64,000 bases of DNA from Tubiluchus corallicola. Lineage: Eukaryota > Animalia > Priapulida. The stretch covers positions 868,001-932,000 of the forward strand of contig JAQGDQ010000018.1 of assembly GCA_030141605.1 (NCBI GenBank). Direction: 5' to 3'. This document shows, piece after piece, positions 14,501-27,200 of this stretch. Both the position numbers and the translations under genes were made by a program. Positions within the stretch are counted from its first letter, which is position 1; each line of letters starts with the position of its first letter. Below the pieces are notes generated by a model that did not search any database, was not told the origin of the DNA, and saw only the letters and a list, made by a program, of their open reading frames with translations.

Positions 14501-17500
14501 GACTGTCTTTTAGACTCTTATCTTGTTGCAGATTGCATAAGACCTTTTAAGACATCTGCGCATTTTGCTTAATGGTCTCTCAGATTCTTTGCCTGAGGCC
14601 ATCAACTGCTTTTATCATAATTATTAATATCTGGCACAACAGAATGTACAGGTCAATAATTTGTGAACATTTTTCAAAAGTTTTTTCTAGTTTTATATTT
14701 TACGTGAAGTTTTGTCTTATAGTCTTTTCAGTTAAATTATGTTGCCTATTTTTAATGCAAAACAAATGAAGATGGAGAAACCAAAAGATAACAGCTGTCA
14801 CGAATTACATCGATTAAGTTCAATATGAATCTCTGGCGAATTACAAATTTGTGAGAGTGTTAATAAGAAAAATTACAGACTTACAGCCTGATTATTTCAG
14901 GGAAATTGATGACGAAAAAAGTAATTTTGTTTTTCTAGCTACATTTGCAAGTAGCCATAAAAAACCTTCATAGTAATAAACATATATTTGCATTGAACAC
15001 GAAGTATGTTTATTACAGAACACTGAGTACAGGTTGGTGTAATCAGTTTCAGTTATATTTATCATTATTTGAAGAAAATTTGCGTTAGTTATGATGAGCC
15101 ATTTTTCGAGAACGCCAGTTAGAAAACCTTACGATGACCTTGACCTTTAACCCTTACAGGCATACAGCCCGATTATTTCATGGAAATTAATGATGAAAAA
15201 AGTCATTTCGTTTTTCTAGCTACATTTGCAAGTAGCCGTGAAAAATCTTCGCAGTAATAATTTTATATTTGCATTGAACATGAAACATTTTTATTACAGA
15301 ACACTGTACATGTTGGTGTAATCAGTTTCAGTTATATTTATCATTATTTGCAGAAAATTTGCGTTAGTTATGATGAACCATTTTTCCAAAGCGCAGACTG
15401 GAAAACCTTGTGGCGTTGACCTTTGACCCTTAGAAGTATCAAGCAGTAGGTTCCAACCCTCGGCCCAAATTTATCTCTCTGTCATAAAGTAATGGTTCCA
15501 GATCTTGCTCGGATCTATTCCTGTGTAGCGTTTGATGATTATAACTTCTCTTTGCCGCTCGACAGACACACAAACGGTACAATAAAATAAAGGTGTAGGT
15601 AAAATAAAAACGCTGTTATTTCTCGTGAAGCGCGACGCTAGAGCAAGAGGTTTTCTGACGTTAAGGAGTAGAGGGAGTGTCTACTACACAGTAAGCGTGA
15701 AGCCATTACAGAAGAATTGAAAACTATAGGTTTGGAGTTACAAGACACGAATAACTCACAATGCCAGATGATGATAACATTTTAGTAGGGTAATTCGATG
15801 TCTGTAATTAGGTGGCTCAAGGTCAAAAGTTAATTTTCTGAAAAGACAATCAGGAAGCGAACTGACGAATGCTTTTCAAAATGAAAAAGGACCGACTACA
15901 CGCGGCATTTAACTCTATTGCCAAAATACTTAGTAACCAGTTACAACTGATTGCAAACAAACATTTTATAAGCATGACTTTTGAACATGTTCACAAACAC
16001 CTCAGTATACATGATTAATTTTCGTTGAGGTTCGTACGCTATTTTTACAGTTAATCGAGGAGTTTATAACCGGCTATGTAAAAGCTGTGCATCCTAGCAA
16101 AGCGTATGAAACTTGGAGATTATCTACATCACACGATTCCAACAGAAAATTCGCTCGAGTTCTCCTTCAGGAGCTGTTTCAGAAAGGTGAGCGGTTTTTA
16201 CATTGAGTGTAATGTAATATGCATGTTGTGGCTGTATCGACATGTTAGTACGTGCACGTTACCATGGTAAAGGCTGTCATCATCATCATCATCATCATTT
16301 TATGACATAGTGTCATGTAAGAAGTACACTTGCGAGTGTTTCCGCAAAAATCGGCATTCGTTATCACCAGTCACCAGCTTTCTTATGGGCAATTTTTACA
16401 TAAGGGAGAAGAGTTTCCTTTGTATCGATATTCATATATAAATACATGAGACGCTTTCGGATTATCTAAAGTAAAACGAGTTAGAGTAAAACATTTTTCA
16501 AGGCAGTTCTAATGATTCTGGCCGGGCGCTCAATTCCTGCCCTTTTCCATATATGCAATGCCGATCGGCTTGCTTGGGTCATGTAATGATCATAATATAA
16601 AATTATTACTTAACATGCTTGAAATAAGATATTGATATGCTTATAATATTTATTGTTTGTAAAATGTTGCATGCACCTTTCATTTATTTATCATATGTAT
16701 CTTACAATTTAAGAACTAATGTCTGTCAGTTAATATTTATGGTTAGGATGTTGTCATATTATTAAGACTGTTGTTCTGCAGACAAAATTCGCAAGTGCGT
16801 CGTGGATCGATTGTTATCCAACTTTTGCCAGAAGACCTCCGTTTTTTGTCTAAATCATTAAAATGCTGTTTCAGCAAGTGTTATGTAGTAAGTCATTATT
16901 AGAAGTCACATCCGAACGAAGCTGGTAGAATTTTCTCAGCATCTTTGTGGTGATTTGGGACAAATTTAGGCATTAGTGTGTCAACATTATTAGGATTGCA
17001 ACAGTTGTGTAACCTGTGATGAGTATTGAAATTACAAAGCTTTTTTCATCTTATGCAAGTTGAAATTTGTGAATGCTGAAATATTGACAAAACGTAATTA
17101 ATTCAGCTGCTTAGGCAAAGTAATAGATTTGATTTACTGTAGCCTGAATACTATTGTAAATTGTGTTAAGATGTTCTAGCTATTTTGTTTTTCGTAAACT
17201 ACTCCAACAGATATAAATATAATTTTGACCATTTTTAGATAATGCCGCAGAGCATCAGCATTCATATATTCCTGCTCAACACTTTGATGAAGAATCAATA
17301 GAAAGCTGGTTGGCTAAGACCCCTCTCATATCTCATATGATGGACACAGTGTTAGGAGCTATATTTCCCGTCCTAGAAAAAAATGAACAGGTATTAAACG
17401 CTTTTGGGTGGTTTTTGCATCAAGGCATGTGCAGTGTTCTCTCTTTTGAGTTTTGAGAGACTCAACCCAAATCACCAGTCATCTACGATGTTCTTGTTTT

Positions 17501-18202
17501 TGGGTGATGGCCTTTTGAAAACAGGCCCCAGGGCTCCATGATTTTGCAATGGATCATCACGAAACTTTATAGGTATATACTAGAATGAATTCTGCATTGA
17601 GACAGATTTCCGTTCTGCCATTTTGAATTCAAGATGACAGCAATAACGATGTTTTCAAAAAAAAGCCAAAGGCTCTCTCAGTAGATTGCAACAGACTATC
17701 ATGAAACTTTATCGCTGTCAGTCTGTGTCGCCTGTCAGTCTCTTTTACCTTGATTTCAAGGTAGCAATGCCTATTTCCATTCTTTCAATTTGTAATTGAT
17801 CATCATGAAACTTTACAGCAATATACTAGAAAGAATTCCACATCGATTGACAGAATCAGCTGTTCGATCCACCATTTTGAATTCAAGATGGCGCTTACAT
17901 CATTTTCCAAAAAACCTTATGGCCCATTTACGCATAAGGTGGGTGTGCTGTTAATAGCTCTACGTTATTTCAAATGGCGTTGTTTATTCATAATGAGGTA
18001 AACCGTGCGGCCAAGTAATCGACTGCACGTTTTCCTGCACTGATTGCTCTGATTTTTTTACAAAAACAGTGCGGTTTTCCTGCATACAACCAATCAGAAG
18101 TGGGTTTTCTTAATACATGATCAGCAAAGGCATTGCTTTAGCAGAAATAAAGGGATCTGCACAATTGCTGATAAAACCAAAGCAATGTTAGAAGTGAAAG
18201 AG

Positions 18203-18241
<39 letters not shown>

Positions 18242-21200
18242 TCTGGGTTTCTCCCCATTGACACCATTTATGTGTTGTTTTTAATGTTTGTGTTGTTTTG
18301 TGTTGGCTAGTGCAATTATTTTTATTCGAACTGAAACAGTTATCAGTCACATCTCCTACAAATTTGAATGAAGTTGGAATTTTTTTGTAGAAGAGCAAAA
18401 CAAAAATATATGTGCATTAAACATTAAAGACTTTTCTTCAACTGGGCATGGCTAAGTCACCATTGACCATAGGGTGACATTGACCAGAATGTTAGAATAG
18501 GTGTATTGTATGTTGAATTACCATTAGATGGTTTTCGATATGAAATGCAAACTTATGCAGAGGCAAGTTTATGATGCAGAGCTTCGTTGTGACCCAGTGA
18601 AGTCATTTGAAGGCACATATGATAAGGGCTCATATTGGCAATATTGGCTTATCTGCACAAAATAAACTGAAAATCTGATTATGTATATAATAAATTGTGC
18701 TGAATTTATTTGTTTTCTTGGTTTTCATTCAGTACAAACACATTGTTAGACATGATCACATGAACACTGTACACTGTACATACTACATATTGCAAAAATT
18801 TCAGTTTACGACATTTGTTATACATATTGCAAAAATTTCAGTTTACCACATTTGTTATGCAATCGTAATCTAATTATGCGCTAATTGTTGCTAAATTTGC
18901 AGTTGACATTTGTTTTCAACTACACTGTGTTTAAGACATTTTTTTCTGATTTGTTAACTTTTTGAATTAGGACGAATTTTCTGATGAATTAAGTGTAATG
19001 ACTTGTAATTACCATAAAATTTTCATGAAACATTTCAAACTAGCTTTATTACTGGAATTTTACAGTGGTCATAAAATTTTAAAGTTTAACAAAATGTCCT
19101 CAGTTGTCTTGTATAGCGTTATTATTTTTCTTAAAAAGAAATACAGTGTATTAAAAGTGGTAAAGAAATAGCATGGTATAAGTGCACGTAACATTTTAAG
19201 ATAATAATCATGTCATGTCCGTTGTATTTCAAATATTTATGTGAGCCACTCAATGTAGAGAAACGAACCAACATATTAAAACCAAACTGCAACTTTACTG
19301 CTTTGCCAGGAAGCCCCACGTAGACTTTATTGCATTTTATAGTAACCTGTAATCATTGTTTCTAAGCTCATTTACTTAACGAGAGACATACTTTGCTCTT
19401 CTACAATAATGGAAAACAAACAGATATGAATGACCCATCTCTCCCATTGATCGCTTGTAATTGGATTTTCCATCAATTGGCTTCCCATTTTGTGGTGTTC
19501 TAGTTAACGGAGTAAGTGCATTGAAGGTCTGTGGATCACTGATCTGCAAAAGTGACACCGTTCATAGAATGGCACCAAGCAACTTTTCTGGAGGTAGTGA
19601 CCTCAGTGTAATTCACATGAGAATGGCAATTCAGTAGATCATTGTTTAGCTTCCCACCAGTAATTGTAAATCAAAAGTTGCAAGAGACTCAACTCAAAAA
19701 CTGCAAGGAGTTTGGCAATCAAACTTCTGTTTCTTTTAGTAAAGACAGAGGGCTGTAGAGCAGTTGTTTTCGATCTTAAGTGCTGATTCAGTATCAAAAA
19801 CAGGTAACTAGTACAGTGGAACTAAACAGTCAAAATTTGGGTACTTACTGTATCAGATGGGGAGCAAATTTTAGTGGGACAACAGTGACTTCATTAAGTA
19901 AACACTGTTTTATATAAAAGCCACATAAAGACATTAGAAGAACTTATACCTAAACACCACAATTAGGGTTACTAAGGTAAACAAAAAATGTTTTCAAGAA
20001 TTTTAAGGTTAAACAAGTAAAAAAAACTTTTTAATCAAGCAATGAAGGCCACTATTTATGATTAAATAAATCGCCACAGACGTTGTTTAATAATTATGAT
20101 TGTATACCTCCACCTGATCTATTACTCACTGTATGGCTGTAATACATGTGAGATGGTTTTTAATGTTTTTGTAATTTTTTTAATTTTGGGGAGTTTCTTT
20201 TTTTTTGGCCCCCAGAGTCTGTGAACCTTATATCGTCATGCGGCAACCATCCTCCATCTTCCATTCAAAATTTGAATATAAGTCAGTATATATATATATA
20301 TATATATAATCTTTATTTGCCATTAAAATACATTGATAATCACTGAATAAAAACTTTACAGAGATGATCAATCAGTGTTAGTTAATAAAAACTTACACTG
20401 CTAATGGCAAAATAAAAACTTACACTGCTAATGGCAAATGCGTCAGTGCAATCTAAACTACTGTGCAGTAATGAAAAGTAATGACGAATGAAAATCAAAC
20501 ATATTTACAACTATTCGCAAATATTAAAAGTTATGATTTAATTAATATGACTGTGGATATATCAATTCTGAATTATTGTGTATGTTGTCATACTGGTGTG
20601 ATGGGGACCTGATTTGTTTAACCTGTAATGATAGAGAATTCCAAAGTAGAATTGCTTGCTTGATTATAGAGTTCGTTCCATAGTGAGTATTTATCCTAAA
20701 TTGTTTTAGATTACTTGTTCTGGAATTAACGATAGGATTTGGAAACAAGGTAAATCGGTTATTTTGAAATAACAGTTATACCTGAACTACTGGGGTAGCC
20801 TTGAAATTTTCGAGACAAGGTGAAGGTCAAGACAGAAGGACATCCCATTGCCATCTGATATGCAAGGAATTAGAATGGCCTGTCACCTACTAACAACCGA
20901 ACATAGACAAAATGAATTTTAGTCCCTCCACAGGGAGGAAGACCCAGAACGTAAGATCCAGAATGTTAGGTAAAGTGGGAGTATCCATCATCTATTGACA
21001 AAATCATATTAATTCTATCCCAGGGGTGAGAGTGGATTCAGGAATCTAACAATTACAATTGTAGTGTTCTAAAGGCAAGTTTTGTCCCTCGAAATGTCAA
21101 TGTTGACATTAGGTGATGGGTGACAACTTTTGTGCAATGGCCTGCAATGAACCCCATCCATGGAGGGGGAAGATCCAGGATATAGGCTATAGTGGAAGAA

Positions 21201-24200
21201 TCCGGGGCAGGTCAGTATGAGGAATTAGAGTGATGTGTCACCTATTGATAATCCAACATTGACAAAAACATTCACCCCTCACCCAGGGGAAGGAAGGCAG
21301 ATCTAGGATTTTAGCAGTTACGATTATATTGACACGGTAAAATATCTAGTGTAGATATTAGATGATATATGATTACTTTTATGAGATGGATTGCAATGAC
21401 CCTTCCCTGTGGGAGGAAGAGAGGGAGGAACCAGGATGGAGGATATAATGAAAAGATTTGTATGAGGAATTATAGAAAGAGGCCTGTCAGCTATTAACAG
21501 TCTAATATTGACAAAATTGCTTTAACTTGGGACAAAAGTAAAAATTGCATTATGGTCAAAAACGCCAGCTGTACGAAATTTACTGCATGAAACTTGGACG
21601 TGAAAATTATTTGACCAGGAGGCGCCACTAGAAAATTAGTATTCTTTGCCTACCTTTGTTGCCTATGAGGATTTGTAAACCAAATTTGCAAAAAGAGATC
21701 TTGTGTCAAATGTCGCAATCCTCAGAGTGTCGAACATGCTAGTCAAGGAACCTGCAGCAACATCGATGCTCTGATTTGTTTCTTCCTGGACCGTGCAATA
21801 TGTAGTTTTAACAATAAAAACAACAGTGGCCCTGATGGTGATGGTGGCGATGATAGTGGTGTAATGATCATGATGATAATGATGTTTAAGGTTGACAAAT
21901 TGTTCTGTATGCACTTAAAATGAACTTTCATCTGAAACTGAAGTCCTGTGAGAAGTAATTATGGTACACATCTGGTTTATCCCCACACACTCCCACGTTT
22001 GTTAAGCTTGTCACCTTTATTGAAAGTGACAGACTATTATATCAAGGGCACTCTGTTAATGTCTGCAATCCCTTGATAATTCTTGTTTACTGCTGCTAAC
22101 TGCTTTCGTTTAGCCTCTGGAAACTTGTATACACTCAACGCTGGCCATACTACACCACATATTTATAAACTACAATGGCAATATTTTATCAAACTTCGTA
22201 TATGTAAACTATATAGTTATGACACACATATGTCAACTCATATCAACAAAAACCAGGAAATAATTATTACGATTTCTGATGTCCAAAACGCCAAAAGATT
22301 TGCACGACAATTTAAGTATTCACTAATGCAGCATCAAGTAAAACTGGGTTAAAGAAATTAAAACACTGTCAACAAAAATTCAGGAGCCAAGTAAGGATTT
22401 GGAAAGCAAGGAAGCAAAATACAGAATAAAAACTAATCACATATATGTATTGAAAAGCCTATATAACTATGTTGAAAAACATGTATTTTTGAATTATTAA
22501 ATAAATGGCTTCTGTATTCTGAACCTAGCTTGTCACTATTACTAACATTTTGCATTTGATTCTGACCTAAGCTCTTTTTCAGAAATAAATAGGATAGTTG
22601 TATACACATTTTACTAATTATGGAACTAACAAAAAATTATGCAAAAACTTACTATGATATTATGTAATGTCTTAGTGGAGACTTAGTTTTCAGTCAGCAG
22701 TTTGAAATTACTCGAATGAATGTGCATTAAACTTTTTCCTCTGTTCATTCTTGCCTTCCTCAAAAAACATCTTGAATTCAGAATGCATGTACTTCTTAAA
22801 AGATTATTGATTCCACTTGTCAGGATACGTTTAGAGCAGACCTTTGAAAAAGTAAAAATGCTGCATCATTAATGGAAGGAAATTCAAAACACCCTTAGGC
22901 AAAAAGCTTGTATATGTTAATTAAACCACGTAAGAACTTGAGTGCATTGGGCAGCTTTTGTTGAGCCGTTTGTGCAAATCAAAATTATTTTTAAAATCAT
23001 ATGTTTTATACAAGGTAAGCTCCAATACATCAATGCAATTTTATCACAAGATACCTCCATTTTTGAACATTGACTGTTGTTCTTTTGTCCAGTGTGGTGA
23101 ACAAATAGAATCACTGTATCAAAGCACTCTTGATGATTGTGATTGTCCTGACATGTCCTCACACACTTTCTTCGTTAGTTTTCACAAAATTTACAAGAAA
23201 TACTTAAGCATTTTATAAACAAAGGTTTCTACTGTTCATTAGCATTTTAGCTACTTTATGTTTTTTGTTTGAAATGTTTCTTACAGGGTACGAATAGCCC
23301 AAGCATTCCGGAGTGTGTTGGGGCATCCTGGGATAAGCACAGTACAGTCTTAGATATCCCATCTCTGCTTCTTCTCAATCACCATATACCTGTTGAACTA
23401 AGCCACAAATGGAGATTATTATTCTGTAATAGGTAAGCATTAGTTACGTGATTGTAACTACCATTATTTACTTTTCTCATCAGTGTCGTCATTTTTATGA
23501 TCCTAATTGATAACGTGGCTTCAAGGTTATTTCGTAAATGATTTGCAAAACAAAAAAAATCTTACAGTCATTTATAAAGAACAAAATCGAGTTGACTTAT
23601 GCTATTGTTATGTTATATTATGTTTAATTAAAACATTAAAGCAAGAAATATACAAGAATTTTAGAAAAAGTACAACTTGAAAAAATTATTTATTGTTTAC
23701 ACGTACATCAGATTATTCTGGTACTGTAAATGTCTGTTATCGGTACATTATCACTAATTAATAATTTATGAGATGAGGTATTAAGGAAGTTAGATTCCAA
23801 ATTAAGAGAATGCCATGCGAGTTGATACTTGTGTTGCAAAAGTGTGTGACAAATTTTGATGGTATATTTAAGCACTTTGTTTGTATATCAATTAATAAAA
23901 AAACTATACATCACGTTTTTACATTGTTTCACATTTTCACGAAACATTATGTTACACGTTAATAGTAGCACTTACGTTAGCTTTTAGGCAATTTGTTTCA
24001 TGCACTTTCTTGATCAGAAGTTGATTATTATGCAAAGATCGACCAGGATTTGCTTACTCAGTTCTGTTTTCAAAATAATGTGGGTTTTATAAAGATTTAT
24101 TTTGAAGCCATGATCCATTTGTGAGTAATGAATTGCTAAAATTCTGTAAAGAAAGCGGATTTGAAGACCCTAAATAATTAACAATCTGGCTGTTTTATGC

Positions 24201-27200
24201 CATCGTAAATGTTATAATGGTGCCATAACAAACTAATTAATCTTGATTAGGCATTTTTACAAATCCTTCATTATATAATAATGAAATGAGAATTTTAAAT
24301 AATAGAAGCTGCTATTTTTATTTATACTAATACAATGTAAACAACACAGTGTGCTATGTGTCATCGAAATTATATACAGTCAAATATTGTAAAAAATAAT
24401 GTATTTACATTGTGACTTATTCAGTGTAAATGTAAATTTCTAGAACATTCTAAAATTAATATTTAAAAACTTACACGAGTCACATTAATCTTTTTCTATT
24501 TGAGAAATTTATGGATCATCTGCTCCAGTAACATTCTCGGGCATTGTAACTACTTTTCATAATAGTAACATTGTTTGTTATGCCACCTTAGCTTCTATAT
24601 TACTTAACATTTAATATCCCACATCAGATAACAATCTTTATTAAAGGTGCAAGGCTTCAGCTACACTCTTGTAGCTATTATCTGGCAATAATTGTAGAAG
24701 AGCTTTTTCTAATGATAGCTGTTAGTGTGTACTTGAAACTTTTAATATTTTAGCAAAACTTTTTGAGTGTGAATTAAGTTAAATATTAATATATACAATT
24801 TTAGGCATTTTTATTTACTATCTAATCTACGTAGATTTTCTGCTTGTAGATGTATTTGTACTTTTTTTCTCGTTTCGGTTCACACTAACATGTTCGTGTA
24901 AAATTATGCAATTATTCCAGTTATTATTATCCAGTGTGATGACTCTTATTAACTGTATGTTCGTTCTAGGATAAACTAGAATTTGACCAAGTTATAAGGA
25001 AGACCAAGTGTATGAAGTACTGCTACTAGCAGTATCACATGATATGTTTGTGCAAAATATTTCCCTCTGGATTATATTTAGAGGATCTTGGATTAAAAAT
25101 GTATTACATTGGCAAACAGGATAGTACTTGAAATGCAAATTTGTTTAATTTGAACAAATTTTTTTTGTTGGAATCATTGTTAGTGTCCTTTCGCGTTAAA
25201 AACTAACCCTTCAATAGGTTATTAACAATATAAAAATCTTAGTGTATGTGGATTTTTCAGTCTGTCATGTGGCAATACCTTAGAAAAAAATCGTGGATGT
25301 AAAATTGACCATATGTGTTCATTGAACTAAAAAGTGTGTTTAAAAAAACTTAAAAATTGGTGCACTTGAAAAGTCTTGTGTATGTGAAGTATACACAAAT
25401 GATCCACTCAGCTACTCAAATGTAATTAATTGTTTTAATGATGATACAAACTCACAATTAATTAAATTTTGATAACAAACTTGAAAGACGGGAAATATCA
25501 AAATTTAGTTAAAACTAAGGATTTGCACCACCATTAGTAATGCTCTTGACTGATGGCAATAAAAGAATAATTGTGGAGTCTATTAACTGTGTTTCTTATG
25601 TAGTTGATGAAGAGCATGTTAGGATGCATAGCAGATGTTTCATTGCAAGAATGAGCAGTAGGCCTCATCTCTATGACGTTTGTATTCATTCTGTGGATTT
25701 TATCTAAGTGAAAGGAGTATGCTTATCTGTTTACTTTTTTATGGCTGGGAGGCTAACAACTCCCCATTAGCTCTTTCATTTCCTGCTCGTGTAATCTTCT
25801 TATTGCATTCATTAATGCGTGTGCAAAATGGTGAAATCCTTATGGAAAGATTATATGTTATTTGTTGGGTTATATCCTGGATTAATCTCACTGATTTTTA
25901 CCGGCTAAGAGGTCTGACTGCTCGTAAATCAAATTACATGCTTATCAGCCAGCTTATTAGCTTGAAGTTCTCTCGTGTTGTCGAGCACCGCACAGATGCA
26001 TTTAACGCCAATGCAGCAAGCTTAATAAAAAGCTTCAGGGTTTTCGGCATGCACTGCCTCAAATGAACTATATGGAGCTACAATTTGTTAAGAAATCAAC
26101 CTGGAACACCTAAAGTACCACATGAGTATCGTGGAAACATAGAAGGTGCAATGGTAATATTTGTTAAGCTGAATCATGTCTGTATGTAGATCTTCAACTA
26201 TATCTGTTAGAGGGGCATGTGTATGTATCTTAGTTATCACCAGAAGTACTATTGCTTAATTTTAGAATCAGTAAGGAGTTCTGAATTTAACTTTAAAACC
26301 ACGGTTATCATCAATTGGTAATTCCACAGAGGATTTCTTTATGTGATTTCATTTTACTCAGCAACTGTGTATTAAATTAATTTGTTTTTATAGATTACAT
26401 GGTGAAAGTTTTTCCACATTGGTGAAGCACATTCGAAATAAAGGACCATCAATAGTAATTATCAAAGATAAAGAAGGTTATGTTTTTGGTGGTTTTGCCG
26501 ATTGCTCCTGGGAGGTTACGCCAACATTTTATGGTAAGATTTCATCTAGTTTTTTTAACATTGTGTAGGATCAGAAGCGTACACACTGTAAAAACGTTCG
26601 AGTTTCCAGTTAACATGTTGACAAAGCACCATTAATGTTCTATAATTATTAATTATGACAATCCTCAATTTTCTTTTTTGATTGTCACTTTCTCCTTGAA
26701 TTCTCAATTTCTCCACCACATCAATCAATAAAACTAAAGTTGTTTGATTGCAGTATGTCATAATTTATCACTTGGTAGATTTGCCAGTCGATGTAAAAGT
26801 GATTTGTCATTTTACAGTGAATTTCAACATTAAATGGATCCAACTAAGACAGATTAAGTTGTTTTTAGTGTAGTTCATTATTAATGTAATTTTAAAGCCT
26901 TTGTGCTGCAGAAGAGAGTTAGAAAAGTTGCAATTTTAAGTTAATAAAAAAACGAGCTACATAGTTTACCAACATTTAGAAATATGGTGCATTTAAGTGT
27001 CACTTTCTCATAATTTTGTATTTAATTTTTTGTGACATCTTTTCTTTATGTGATGGCTGACTTGGATTAGCAGAATTTAAATTTGGTCAATGACTAATAG
27101 TTTTTACATATGAATTTATTTGTTGACCATGCTGGTAATTTGTGTATGTATTTTATATATAATTATATACCTGCTATAAAGCATCATAAATAAAATGAAT

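Noticed and set aside
25680-26066. 128-aa plus-strand ORF in a MEAK7 intron
   Set aside because: No recognisable motifs; probably the antisense of a decayed LINE fragment.
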